Assembly: GCA_002726495.1 (NCBI GenBank)
Contig: PBTH01000020.1
Coordinates: 6,650-70,649 of the forward strand
Direction of reading: 5' to 3'
From: Methanobacteriota archaeon
GTDB lineage: Archaea; Thermoplasmatota; Poseidoniia; Poseidoniales; Poseidoniaceae
Length of the DNA stretch: 64,000 bases
Every line of letters starts with the position of its first letter. Position 1 is the stretch's first letter. The translations under genes were made by a program, and so were the position numbers. The notes under the pieces are model-generated. The model saw only the letters and a list, made by a program, of their open reading frames with translations, was not told the origin of the DNA and made no database searches. Shown one piece after another: positions 18,874 through 29,800 of this stretch.

Positions 18874-19955
18874 CGACTCACCTCCACACGTTGGTAATCA
18901 ACTTCAAAGTACAATGGCAGCCCTTGGGATGAGATTGTAAATCCGTCAGAACCACTCGCTCGCTCATAAGGTGAAAAGCCAATGAAGGTGTCAAGAGTTC
19001 CAGCAGAACGTTGAATGGTGTAATCTGAAAGCCATGTTTCATGATATTGTGGTGTAATGATATCGTGCAACGCATTGAGTACAGTAAATCGAACGTTGTA
19101 TGCTTCTCCTGTAAAGAGTGTTAACGGCCCAAGTGATACAAATTCCATGCCGATTTTACTGCCCGTTCCAATGGATCCGTTTCCAGTTATATCGGAGAGC
19201 AGGATTGACAATCTCAACTCATCATTGGCCATACGGTCGAATTCAACCATTGGCATGCTTGTGACATCCCATGCGCCGTTTGGAAATCGCTCGGCACGGG
19301 CGTTATTCATCATCACAATTTCATGGGAACCCTGTCCTAATGATGTGGTTACTTGGAGGCCTGAAAGAGAGCTGTAGACGGTTCGGTGCAATGCGCTGCC
19401 TTGCTCATCAAATACGGTGATAATCATCCAGTGAGGATGCGATGCATTGTGGTTGACATATACTTCCTGCGAGGTTGTAGGGACTGTACGTTGGAGCGTC
19501 ATGACCGGTGTTTCAATGGTCAACGACCTTGCTGATTCATTGGCTGCGGTGACCGCCAAAACCGTATCATTGACTTTGCGGATTTCTATCCGTTCGGAAG
19601 GGGTGAAGTCAGCAGAAATCGTCCATTGCTCAACATTTTGTATCGTTCGAATGGATGTTGATTGCATCGCTAAGGTGTTTCGAAAACCCGTTCCTTCTGG
19701 TGCGTTTCCTGCAACTTCAACTCGGTCCTCGATACGGTCTGCTAAACCGGTAGCTGAATTCCAGTTGGTATTGTCCTCAAAATCAGACAAATAGGGGTTG
19801 AGGAATACCCATACTCCGCCCATGATGGTAATGACCATCGCAAGAAGCATGACCACGCCCAAAACCTCGCTGACAGCAAGCTCATCGCGACGAAGGCGAG
19901 GTGAGCGTAGTGCGTCGGCGTGGCGGTTCACGAATAGGACACAATGAGGTATCAT
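18870..19955 (-). CDS. Pilin-like protein (361 aa) with an archaeal type IV pilin N-terminal domain signature
   Basis: 'RRDELAVSEVLGVVMLLAMVITIMGGVWVFL' closely resembles the DUF1628/Pilin_N consensus (R/K..AVS.V.GV.L..A..I). Confidence 0.6.
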   Translation of the reverse strand: MIPHCVLFVNRHADALRSPRLRRDELAVSEVLGVVMLLAMVITIMGGVWVFLNPYLSDFEDNTNWNSATGLADRIEDRVEVAGNAPEGTGFRNTLAMQSTSIRTIQNVEQWTISADFTPSERIEIRKVNDTVLAVTAANESARSLTIETPVMTLQRTVPTTSQEVYVNHNASHPHWMIITVFDEQGSALHRTVYSSLSGLQVTTSLGQGSHEIVMMNNARAERFPNGAWDVTSMPMVEFDRMANDELRLSILLSDITGNGSIGTGSKIGMEFVSLGPLTLFTGEAYNVRFTVLNALHDIITPQYHETWLSDYTIQRSAGTLDTFIGFSPYERASGSDGFTISSQGLPLYFEVDYQRVEVSR

Positions 19956-19988
19956 TTAGCCATTGACCTTAAAATCCGAGCCAAACCG

Positions 19989-20810
19989 TCAGTTGGTGAC
20001 TTGTTTTTTCGGCTCGAAAATCTCATCTCCAACTTGGTCTCTGCCGACATAATGTGAAAAGTCGGGCCCATTTTGAAGAGATATGGTAAGGTCACCATTG
20101 AATATTTCATCAATGTAATACAGGACGGTGGATTCTGCGATATGCGGTTGATTGTTTTTCTCGCTCAAGTGCGTGAGTGTTATGCTACGGGTTGCTTCAG
20201 TACATACTTCTGCTAGAAATTGGCCGGTCTGGTCGTTGGATAAGTGCCCACCTCTACCAGTGATTCTGTCTTTCAATGAATAGGGATAAGGTCCCGAGAT
20301 CAACCGATTATGGTCGTAATTCGCCTCCACTGAGATGTGTTCACAACCTCGCACATGAGTGACAAGTTCATCGGTCCATGAACCGAGGTCCGTGATGATC
20401 GCAGCACGTTCGCCTGCATGGCTCGCAACGAAGGCAACATTCTCGGAACCGTCGTGGGGGACCGGAACAGGAAGTACAGCTAGGTCTTCACCGATTCGGA
20501 CAATATCGAGTGATGAAAAATAAGTGGTCAATTTTGGGTCAAGTCCAAGTTCAAGGGCCGTACGCTCATTAGCTAAAACCCGCATTTCCCATTTGTTTTG
20601 GCAGACTACTGCACCTCCTCCATGGTCGCCATGGTGATGTGAAATGAGGAGACAATCAATATCTGTTGGTTCAAGATTGAGGCGAGCAAGACGTTTTGCT
20701 AATTGTGTGCCGCTGAATCCCTGGTCAACCAATACCTTGACGCTAGGAGTTTCTAGGAGCGTAGCATTGCCCCTGCTTCCTGTGCCTAGATGCGTGATGG
20801 TCATCGACAT
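19989..20810 (-). CDS. MBL-fold metallo-hydrolase
   Basis: 'LISHHHGDHGGG' (HxHxDH zinc motif), an N-terminal 'THLGTGSRGNATLLE' segment, and later His/Asp ligands. It is the first gene of a same-strand cluster with the three pilin-like genes, separated from them by a 33-nt gap. Confidence 0.85.
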   Translation of the reverse strand: MSMTITHLGTGSRGNATLLETPSVKVLVDQGFSGTQLAKRLARLNLEPTDIDCLLISHHHGDHGGGAVVCQNKWEMRVLANERTALELGLDPKLTTYFSSLDIVRIGEDLAVLPVPVPHDGSENVAFVASHAGERAAIITDLGSWTDELVTHVRGCEHISVEANYDHNRLISGPYPYSLKDRITGRGGHLSNDQTGQFLAEVCTEATRSITLTHLSEKNNQPHIAESTVLYYIDEIFNGDLTISLQNGPDFSHYVGRDQVGDEIFEPKKQVTN

Positions 20811-20999
20811 GTGAACGGGGTCTGCTCGGCGCGGGGGGGACTTGAATACACCGATAACCGGATGTTGATTTCATTGATTTAGTGGCGATTGTTCGTATGC
20901 GGGGAATGAGATTTGTATGAACAATGTTCCATCATCCTCATAAGCAATCTTTCCAAGGTGGAGATGTAGCGAAGCGTATGCTTTGTATCGGGTGATTCA

Positions 21000-23900
21000 A
21001 TGCGAAGAAGTCAAACAACCCTTCTCACGACATTAGCAGTGATTTCTAGTCTGCTTTTTATGTCGCAGTTTCCAACGATTTCAAATGTCGCAAACGTTCA
21101 TCCAGATGATACAACCCAAACTCCACCGCCAAACACTGATACAGATGGTGATATGATTCCAGATGTTCATGAGACGCTGTTTGAGGAATGGATGAATTGG
21201 ACCGCAGTTGACGGCCGTAGTGTTTTCATGCAAGGCATGGACAAAAATAACGCCTCGGATGCTTCCATGGATTTTGACCGGGATGGACTCAATGCAACAG
21301 AAGAGTTTTGCTGGCCCTATCCTGCTAATTGTACGGAGCCTGGTTTTCCTAGAGGTTTGACCGGCATTATCAATGAGAATAGCGAACGTGTCTATCTCGA
21401 CCCTAGAATCTCCGATACTGACGGAGATGGAATGCCGGATGGATTTGAAGCATACATGTGCCAAAGGGTTGGTGGCTATGATGTTGTATCAATGCGGTAC
21501 GATTGCAACTCATACAATCCTCTCAACGGCAGTGATTTGACATCGGATGGGGACAATGATGGTTTTGATGTTGATCGTGATGGAACACTCAGTTTATCGG
21601 AACGATTTACAGCACCTGAGGAGTATTCCTTTGGAGCAACTGCGAATTTCACAACTGAACTTGATGGTTTGTGGTGTCATGCAACGCTGCCAGAGGGCTC
21701 AGTCTGGACGAACTGGCCGTTCTTACCATCGGGTGCGAATGCAACGTTCCACAATATTTTACCAGCATGTACGACCAATTCCACTTCCCCTGTTGGCGAA
21801 GATATGTGGCTTGGAACTGACCCGTTATTGGATGATTCAGACCGATACAACTGGGATGGATTTTCAATCCGTAATTTGTACCCATCATTTGGTGACGGTA
21901 TCCCTGACGGATGGGAGGCCCATTTCGGATTGGACCCTCTGAACCGAACAAATGCTCTTGAAGATACGGACATGGATGGCTGGGACTTAAACCGCGATGG
22001 TACGATCACTCAAGATTTAGCTCGGACATTTACGGCTCTTGAATTGGGAGAAGCATTGTCAACGTTGGAGGAATACCTCGTTCATTACGACAATGGAAAT
22101 ACAATTTATCCTGGCTTAAAATCTACGAGTGTTATGGATCCAAGTGCTGAATTCGTAGTTCATCCACTCGTCTATGACTCAGAAGATGATGTCATGTCAG
22201 TCAACCATTATGACATCCGTTCGTTGGCTGAAGACGGTGGGAATTTGTACGTTATGACTCGTTATGGTGTGAGTGTTCTCAATCTTGAGCAACAAACAAG
22301 TTCGCATCAATGGCTCCCTCAAGGCGTACAAGTTCATGATGGAATATTGGTAAAATCAGATGATGATGCCTTTGCTCTGGCCCTAGCAACGACCGCTGGT
22401 GTTGCAGTCATTCCCCTTCTTGTTGACGGTTCAATTGGTCCTCTAACATCTTGGGATTGGAGCATGGTTGGTGAAATGAGTGCTATTACACAATTGTCCG
22501 GTCTGGATGGCAATCAGCAACTCATCTCGCTTGGTCATGCTGGAGCAGGCGCAGTCTTGGAATTGGGCTCAGATGCATCGATTGTTTCTACATACGCCCT
22601 CGGTGCCGGAATTCGTGATGGTCTTGAGGTATCAAATGCCTCAGTGACAGATATCGAACATGGTGCAGCAGGAGGTTCAACTTACAGGCTCTTTATCGGA
22701 ACGGACCGAGGGCTGATGACCGTTGATACCGCATCAGCAAGAGATGAGGCTGTAGGTACATGGCGATTTTACTTCACCACAGAAAGCACTCCGATTGAAT
22801 CGGCTGTTAGCGACCTGCGTGGATTGCCTCTCGGATTCGTAGACAATCCTGCTGAGGTCCGAGACATGGCTCTTGATGGCCCTTCATCTGAAAATGCTCA
22901 AGCCTTGTGGTTCGGTACACCTGCTGGCGTTCACAAACTGGATCTCCTCACTGATACAATTGATTATGGAGGCCTCTTGGTTCATCCCGGAGTTGACGGA
23001 ACACTTGCTCAAGAAACCAACAATGTATATTCCATCATGCCCACAGGCGATGAGATTCTCGTAGGCTCCCAGTGGGGCCTTTGGGCTATTGCAGGAGACT
23101 ACATTGCTGTGTATGGCCAACAAGACCAAACGAGATTGCCGGGGCAAATCACAACGATTGCAACGTTTGAGATGAACGGCAATATGACGGTATTCGGGGG
23201 TGCTTCTCCTGGGAAGTATGCCAACTTACAACTCATAGACCCTGGAGCAAACGATTCCGATGCCGACGGTATGCCAGATGGATGGGAAGTTGTCAACGGC
23301 TTGGACCCAACTGACCCTTGGGATGCTTTGTATGATACCGATGGCGACGGTATAGATTTGGATCAAAACGGTGATTTTTCATTGGACCGATTGTGGACCA
23401 ATCTTGATGAATTTAGATATGAGAAAACAACTCCTGATGGTTATGATTCAACGACTCCAACCGCCGACGATACCGATGGTGATGGCATTAAAGACGGTGC
23501 TGAATATTTCGGATTCTATTACGAAAACAGCACCTTGTGGTGCCACTATACCGTTCAGATGGTTTACATTTGTGATGATGCCGCTGGACAAGCCGCCAAC
23601 GCCACATACCTAAGTGTCGCAAATGTAGATTCGGGAACTGACCCAACAAATCCCGACTCAGATGGAGATGGTATGCCAGACGGTTGGGAAATCCAGCACC
23701 GTCGATGGGTTGGGATGACATTTACCGGTGGAAATAATTGGAGTCTTGACCCTCTGCGTGCTGATGATGCAAATTGGGATGCTGACGGTGATGGACTGCC
23801 CAATTTGTGTGAATATCAATGGTCAATCGTTCGCAACCTCGGACTTCAAGGAGAATTGTACGAACTCTATGGTGAATCTCCAGAGAGCGTCGGAACATGG

Positions 23901-26753
23901 TCTGAACCAGACCCCAATAACATCGATTCAGATGGTGATACACTTCCTGATGGATGGGAATCAAAGGGCCTCTGCTCTTGGGATCCAAGTCGTTTAGGTG
24001 TTAATCCACTCAACGGCTCTGATGCGTTAGAAAATCCAGACGGGGATGGATATGATATCAACCACGATGGTGTTCTTGACCTCAATGAATCCTTTGTAAA
24101 TTATCTTGAATACCACCTAAGAAGTGACCTTTTTGCTGGTAACGAGACACTTGATGGCCTCACACTTCCATATGGCCTCTCTACAAATCTCTTCGACCAT
24201 ATCAGTGATTATGGCGCTCCAGAGGCAACCTTCGCTGAACGAGCATCAGGTGGAGTGACAGCCGGCCAATCCACCTATAGCATAGGTGCATCAGACCCAC
24301 TCAGTTCCGATTCAGATGAAGATGGAATGCCCGATGGGTGGGAGATATGGTTCGCTCGGTGGGATCTCCTTGACGATGCTTGGACACTGAATCCTTTGGA
24401 TTCCACAGACCGATGGGACGACACGGATGAAGACGGAATGACCAACTGGGAGGAATACAATGCGATTGCACCTCAATTTACAGAAATTGACGGTGAACGT
24501 TCATCGCCTCAATGGTTTGTGACCACCATTGGGCAGGCTTATGCTCTACAACAATGGCCAGGTATCACGACTGAGAAGTCATTTGGAAGTTTCATCACTC
24601 AAGATCAAATCAATCTAACAGGATTGACTCTGGACCCAAACAACGTTGACACCGATGGGGACGGGATGCTTGATGGAGTTGAACTTCTGTTCACAGCATG
24701 GAATCAATCTGCAGAAACATGGACATTGAATCCACTCGTGCCTGGAGATGGTTTGTTTGATGGTGACGAAGATGGATTAATTGACTTGCAAGAGTTCAAT
24801 CTTGCAGTAGCTCAACCCGATAACGGGCTATCACACCCGAGCGATGCACCATTAATGCATGTTGATGGTGACTTCCAGCAACCAACTGAAAAGGCCCAAA
24901 GAGTGTTCAACATTCTCATCACGAAGGATACCAGAGGAAAGCGATTGCTCACCGATTTCAATGCATGGCAGCAGGGTGAACCTCCTACAGCGTTTATCGA
25001 AGTTATTCTAGGCATGACCGACCCAACCATTTCGGATACCGACGGAGATGGTATGGATGATGGATTTGAATATTGGTTCACAAACTGGGATTTGGAAGAG
25101 AACCGTTGGAGTATGAATCCGCTCATTGATGGAGATGTTAATCTTGATACGGATGAAGACAGTTTTGACTGCAACGGTGATGGGACCATAGACGTGAATG
25201 AAACGTTTAGCAATCTTCGTGAATGGGAATCCAGAACATACGGAAAATACATCACTCGTGGAACGGTTCCTGCTAATTTAGGAATCATAGATTTCGGAGA
25301 AGATGCGATGAATGCTTACATCGAAGAACAAGGATACAATCTTGTCCAAGCCCAACAAGCACTCTACGAAGATTTCGTCAAGAAGGGAGCCGATTCCCAA
25401 GACCGCATGAATGAAATCAATACCTATGATGAGGACAACTTCAATCGCAGTCTTCGAGGAGTTACAGACCCAACACATCCAGATTCTGACAGTGATGGAA
25501 TACCCGATGGTTGGGAATACTGTTATGCTATATTTGGGATGGACGATCCCACTACAATCAATCATTGGGCCGCAAATCCTCTCAATCCATTTGATGTAAA
25601 TTACGATGGCGACCACGATGGATGGTACGACAGAAGTGAATTTGACTTCCCAGCGACTCAAGGAGTATGGGATGAGCGAACATTGATTCCATCCGGCCAG
25701 ATCATCCAAAGAGGTCTTGGAGCTTTGCCGTTCACCAATTTCATGGAATATGACAATGAAACTCGTCCGGATAAGAACGACAGCGATAGCGACAGTATCT
25801 CCTACATTACTACGGTTGAGAATGGCGCCGTTGTCTCCCATGTTAGGGATTATAATTATTCAGACGGCCGGGAAGTGTTCAAGTATGGTTCAAATCCAAG
25901 CGATAATGATTCAGATGGTGACATGATACCAGATTGGTATGAGTACAAGCGAGCTTGGAACGAGTCAAATGATAATTTCAGTTCATACCTTGACATACGC
26001 GTCGTTTGGATTGACGTTGCTACCGGCGGTCCGTGTGATACGAGTACGAATTCTTGTTTGCCTCTTTCACAGGATGGATCCGGCGGGACACTTGGTCGTC
26101 CAGACCTCGAATTCACCTGGTTTACAATGGACCCCGCAGATCCAGATGATGCAAACGAAGACCCCGACCAAGACGGTAACTGGGATTGTTCAGGGGCAGG
26201 TTGTAATTACGAACCGTATACGAATTTCCAAGAATTTTATGCGGTCACACTGTCAGAGTATTCGTCTCCAAATGCAGTCAGGCTCAGTGCCCTCACCTAT
26301 CAGGGCTCGCCCGTGACGGAAGGATGGCAATTCCGTGCATCAATTCTTGGCCTTGGCCAATCCAATGAATTGGTACTCAACTATCTCAAACTTGACCAAT
26401 ATTCGGGCATAGATCGTCAATACGGTTACATCGTCAACGATTATGATACCAACTTTTTGACGGTCGATGCAAGTGATGACGTCATTCTCATGGCTGGCAA
26501 TCTCACGGATGCATGGGATATTTACTACCAAGGTTCACCAAATACTCCTCCCGTTCGCAATGTAGGTGAACATGAGTTTGGTTGGTACCTTCTTGATTTT
26601 GATGATGACCACCTTGCCGAAGGAAGCGATCCAACCAATTGGGATACGGATGGAGATTGGATGAACGATTGGTTTGAAGTTCGTGATGATGAAGAAGACG
26701 GAGTGCGTGGAGATTCCTCGCCGATTCGTTATGATTCGCGAACCACAGAATGA
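21000..26753 (+). CDS. Giant secreted protein with more than 20 thrombospondin type 3-like calcium-binding repeats and a central Reg_prop-like beta-propeller
   Basis: N-terminal signal/anchor 'LLTTLAVISSLLFMSQF'. The motif D.D.DG.PDGWE recurs (e.g. 'DTDGDGMPDGFE', 'DSDGDGMPDGWE', 'SDSDEDGMPDGWE', 'DSDSDGIPDGWE'). The region at about nt 22237-23240 has blades of the type 'LFIGTDRGLMTVD', 'LWFGTPAGVHKLD', 'ILVGSQWGLWAI'. There is no C-terminal TM helix. Confidence 0.85.
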   Translation: MRRSQTTLLTTLAVISSLLFMSQFPTISNVANVHPDDTTQTPPPNTDTDGDMIPDVHETLFEEWMNWTAVDGRSVFMQGMDKNNASDASMDFDRDGLNATEEFCWPYPANCTEPGFPRGLTGIINENSERVYLDPRISDTDGDGMPDGFEAYMCQRVGGYDVVSMRYDCNSYNPLNGSDLTSDGDNDGFDVDRDGTLSLSERFTAPEEYSFGATANFTTELDGLWCHATLPEGSVWTNWPFLPSGANATFHNILPACTTNSTSPVGEDMWLGTDPLLDDSDRYNWDGFSIRNLYPSFGDGIPDGWEAHFGLDPLNRTNALEDTDMDGWDLNRDGTITQDLARTFTALELGEALSTLEEYLVHYDNGNTIYPGLKSTSVMDPSAEFVVHPLVYDSEDDVMSVNHYDIRSLAEDGGNLYVMTRYGVSVLNLEQQTSSHQWLPQGVQVHDGILVKSDDDAFALALATTAGVAVIPLLVDGSIGPLTSWDWSMVGEMSAITQLSGLDGNQQLISLGHAGAGAVLELGSDASIVSTYALGAGIRDGLEVSNASVTDIEHGAAGGSTYRLFIGTDRGLMTVDTASARDEAVGTWRFYFTTESTPIESAVSDLRGLPLGFVDNPAEVRDMALDGPSSENAQALWFGTPAGVHKLDLLTDTIDYGGLLVHPGVDGTLAQETNNVYSIMPTGDEILVGSQWGLWAIAGDYIAVYGQQDQTRLPGQITTIATFEMNGNMTVFGGASPGKYANLQLIDPGANDSDADGMPDGWEVVNGLDPTDPWDALYDTDGDGIDLDQNGDFSLDRLWTNLDEFRYEKTTPDGYDSTTPTADDTDGDGIKDGAEYFGFYYENSTLWCHYTVQMVYICDDAAGQAANATYLSVANVDSGTDPTNPDSDGDGMPDGWEIQHRRWVGMTFTGGNNWSLDPLRADDANWDADGDGLPNLCEYQWSIVRNLGLQGELYELYGESPESVGTWSEPDPNNIDSDGDTLPDGWESKGLCSWDPSRLGVNPLNGSDALENPDGDGYDINHDGVLDLNESFVNYLEYHLRSDLFAGNETLDGLTLPYGLSTNLFDHISDYGAPEATFAERASGGVTAGQSTYSIGASDPLSSDSDEDGMPDGWEIWFARWDLLDDAWTLNPLDSTDRWDDTDEDGMTNWEEYNAIAPQFTEIDGERSSPQWFVTTIGQAYALQQWPGITTEKSFGSFITQDQINLTGLTLDPNNVDTDGDGMLDGVELLFTAWNQSAETWTLNPLVPGDGLFDGDEDGLIDLQEFNLAVAQPDNGLSHPSDAPLMHVDGDFQQPTEKAQRVFNILITKDTRGKRLLTDFNAWQQGEPPTAFIEVILGMTDPTISDTDGDGMDDGFEYWFTNWDLEENRWSMNPLIDGDVNLDTDEDSFDCNGDGTIDVNETFSNLREWESRTYGKYITRGTVPANLGIIDFGEDAMNAYIEEQGYNLVQAQQALYEDFVKKGADSQDRMNEINTYDEDNFNRSLRGVTDPTHPDSDSDGIPDGWEYCYAIFGMDDPTTINHWAANPLNPFDVNYDGDHDGWYDRSEFDFPATQGVWDERTLIPSGQIIQRGLGALPFTNFMEYDNETRPDKNDSDSDSISYITTVENGAVVSHVRDYNYSDGREVFKYGSNPSDNDSDGDMIPDWYEYKRAWNESNDNFSSYLDIRVVWIDVATGGPCDTSTNSCLPLSQDGSGGTLGRPDLEFTWFTMDPADPDDANEDPDQDGNWDCSGAGCNYEPYTNFQEFYAVTLSEYSSPNAVRLSALTYQGSPVTEGWQFRASILGLGQSNELVLNYLKLDQYSGIDRQYGYIVNDYDTNFLTVDASDDVILMAGNLTDAWDIYYQGSPNTPPVRNVGEHEFGWYLLDFDDDHLAEGSDPTNWDTDGDWMNDWFEVRDDEEDGVRGDSSPIRYDSRTTE

Positions 26754-26807
26754 TGTTCTGCCCTCATTTTTGTGTGACTCCAAACCGCATGATTCAAATT
26801 CTAAGTC

Positions 26808-29800
26808 GTGTGTCTTCGTCGTATGCAGGGTAGCGATACGCATACATTTTTCTCTCGCGGCGCCTTTTGGTTGCTCGTCATTTTGATGGTGACGACCCCA
26901 TTGAGTCCGCTAACATCCCTCATTTCCGAGGATTCTTCCGCTGCTTCAGGTACTCGTCACGTCTATGACTTCCATGATGGTTCAACTGAATACGTTGCCC
27001 TTTACCAGGGCGCCAATCCAGACCTCGGTGCGAAGGTCAGTCTTCCCCGAGGTGCCTTGGTTACCGATGTGAGTATGACCCTTTCCGGAGCGTCCGCCAC
27101 TGGTTGGTCACAAATCTTGACCGACACACGCGACCATTGGATTGATGGACAAGAATCCAATACTGACGACAGAAGTGGCGACCTGACCCTTTCACTGGAC
27201 AGTGTCACGGAATCATTCTATCCGCACGGTTTTGATGAAGTGACCAATGCTAATTCTGATGCTTGGTTGGACAACGGGTCCTACGCCCTTCGACAACCTC
27301 ACACATCAAACGCAACCGAGAGTCTCTTCTCCCAACAGATTACCAAATCCTCATCAAGTTTCATGGCCCAAAGCCAAGGTGCTATTCTCAAACATCACGA
27401 TTGGTTGTTCCTTTCAACATGGTCCTCTTCGACCTTCAGCAATGTTGTTCATCGTCTTTATCCAAACAATGCAAGCCGTGAATCAATCATTACCTTGGAC
27501 CAAGCCCAATGCAATCTTCCTCAAAAGCACTCATCTTCGTATTATGGATATTATGGCTTTAGGGATTGGACCGTCACCGACGACGAACGATTGTTTGGAA
27601 TCCTATCGGGATACCGTTATACTTACGGCTCAAATGCGCCTGTAAATTATCATCGTGTAATGGAAATGGACATCTCCAGGGACAGTGTTTGGACATGTAT
27701 CGATTCCTATGACATCTCTGCAGGAGCAGGCGATTATACGGGTATTGCATACGACCGAGATAATGATAAGGTATGGGTCGTGCACAATCAAGGAGGAAAA
27801 ATAGTTTCATACGATTTCTCAGGAGATGGCACATCCACATGGGACCGTGATGAGAAATATTACACCTTCACCTCTTCTTCTTCAAGCAGTCGTGAATGTG
27901 GCCAAACCAATCAAATGGTCCGTGGTCTTGAAGTTAATTCAACCACGTTTTTCATGCGTTGCCAGAAAGATTCCTATTACAACGACCGTGATCAACTTGA
28001 GGCCTGGGATATTTCAGGTTCAGCCCAAGCACTCATCCCTCAATCAAATACCCGACAAATATCTCGAACAGGTTACGGTTTGCAATTTGACGGAAATCGT
28101 TTCATCAGTGTTGATTCGGGCTATTCTACATGGTCGGGAGCAACGCTGTATTACAGAGAGTTTGGAACAAGTTGGATGTATGACACCACCCCTGCCCCAG
28201 GTACCACAACATGGTATGGGCCAGTAACAACCTATGTTGACGATGTACTGGCTGCGAATGTCCAAACATACTGGTCTGCCGCATCCATCGGTGACCGTGT
28301 TGATTATTGGGTCTCCGCAGATAACGGTACACACTGGGAACAAGTTGTTTCCAACTCGACGATTCACTTTGACTACCCCGGTAAAGAACTGGTTTGGAAA
28401 GCTCAGTTGATTGGTTCAACAGCAGTTTCATGGTGGGTTGACATCGACGCATCAACACAATATGCAACATCAGGTGATTGGACTTCACCTTACTACAACA
28501 CTGGAACAAAAGTGGGTAAGGTTCGTCCGACATGGGTTGCTGACCTGCCAGCGGGTACATCGCTCCAAGTTGTTGTTTCAAACGATAACGGCAGTACATG
28601 GCTTGATGCAGAAAACAATGTTGAAACGAGTTTTTCAACCGATGCTGCGGGAAATACCCTGCGCTATGCCATCTTCTTGACAACCAATAACACAGATCAC
28701 ACCCCGAGTGTAGACAGTTTCACGCTATGGTATGAAGAAGGATATCCGGACAGGCCGATGTTGGATGTAGGTGGAGATGGCTCCTATGACTGGGAGGCCA
28801 TGATTTTCCTCAACGAATCAGCAGTTGTAGCCACTGATGATTCACAAGTAGGAGTTATTGTCAAAAAGGCACCTACATTGATTGACGCTTTCAACGATTA
28901 TATTCCTGAAAACGGAGAAGGTATGCTCGATATTCCTATTGGAATTAAGGCCGCTTCATCGGGTCGGATCAAGGTTTCAAACATTGACGTAACCTATGCA
29001 ATGCAGACCCGTGCTATTGATGCCTCCTTTGAAGGAGGTCTCGCTTCTCCAGATGGTGCGTATCGAAATTTCATCACTCGTGTTGCTCCAGGTGATGAGG
29101 TTGACCGAGTCACTGAAGCGACCATTGCCCTCAACCACAGTTATGGAGAAAACCCTTCCTTTACTTGGCTTCGTGGTGATACATGCAGTACCAATAATGA
29201 TGGTGGAGGTATTGTGGTGTTTGACACTGCAAATTGCACTTCAACAGTGGATGCATTAGGTGTTGTATCTATTTGGATTCCGACCAAAGTCAACTGGAGT
29301 TGGAATGACGAAGCAGATTTGGAAGCGATCATTACCGTGAAAGACGACCTTGGCGTAGCCGTTGACCAGTGGGATACTACTGAGATGGACTTGGTTATTG
29401 AGAACGACATACAACTCGACGGATTGCGTGTTTGGGAGGAGACAGGACGGCAATTGTTCCCGATGGATTGGGTTCGTGGAGGATTTAACCTCAGTTTTGC
29501 AGGTGGTCTTCACTTCCAAGATTCTCAACTCATGCCCCCTGCAGGTAGCTTCAGTCTTCGTGTCATGGGTCAAAATGTCACCTATGATGGAGACCCTATG
29601 GGGGCGTCTGTCCTGCTTCATGAAGAAGTGAACCCAGCATTTGGTGAATACAATTTGACCTTTGTTGCACCTATTGAATCTGCACCCGGTGGTATGATCT
29701 TTTACGTCCAAGCAGTCAATCTTGAAAACGGTTCAACCTATTCCAATCCAGGATACAACACGATTCGCCTCATTCTTGATGGAAATTCTCCTCTTGTTCT

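Noticed and set aside
20811-20999. 189-bp divergent intergenic region inspected for a small RNA (C/D box or riboswitch-like)
   Set aside because: It has no convincing C (RUGAUGA) plus D (CUGA) box pairing or extended stem structure. It is most simply a bidirectional promoter region between the MBL/pilin-like operon and the TSP3 giant gene.
21100-26700. The TSP3 repeats considered as a DNA-level tandem repeat or a diversity-generating (template/variable repeat) system
   Set aside because: The repeats are conserved only at protein-motif level and the nucleotide sequences differ at most codons. There is no reverse transcriptase gene and no near-identical repeat pair in the window.
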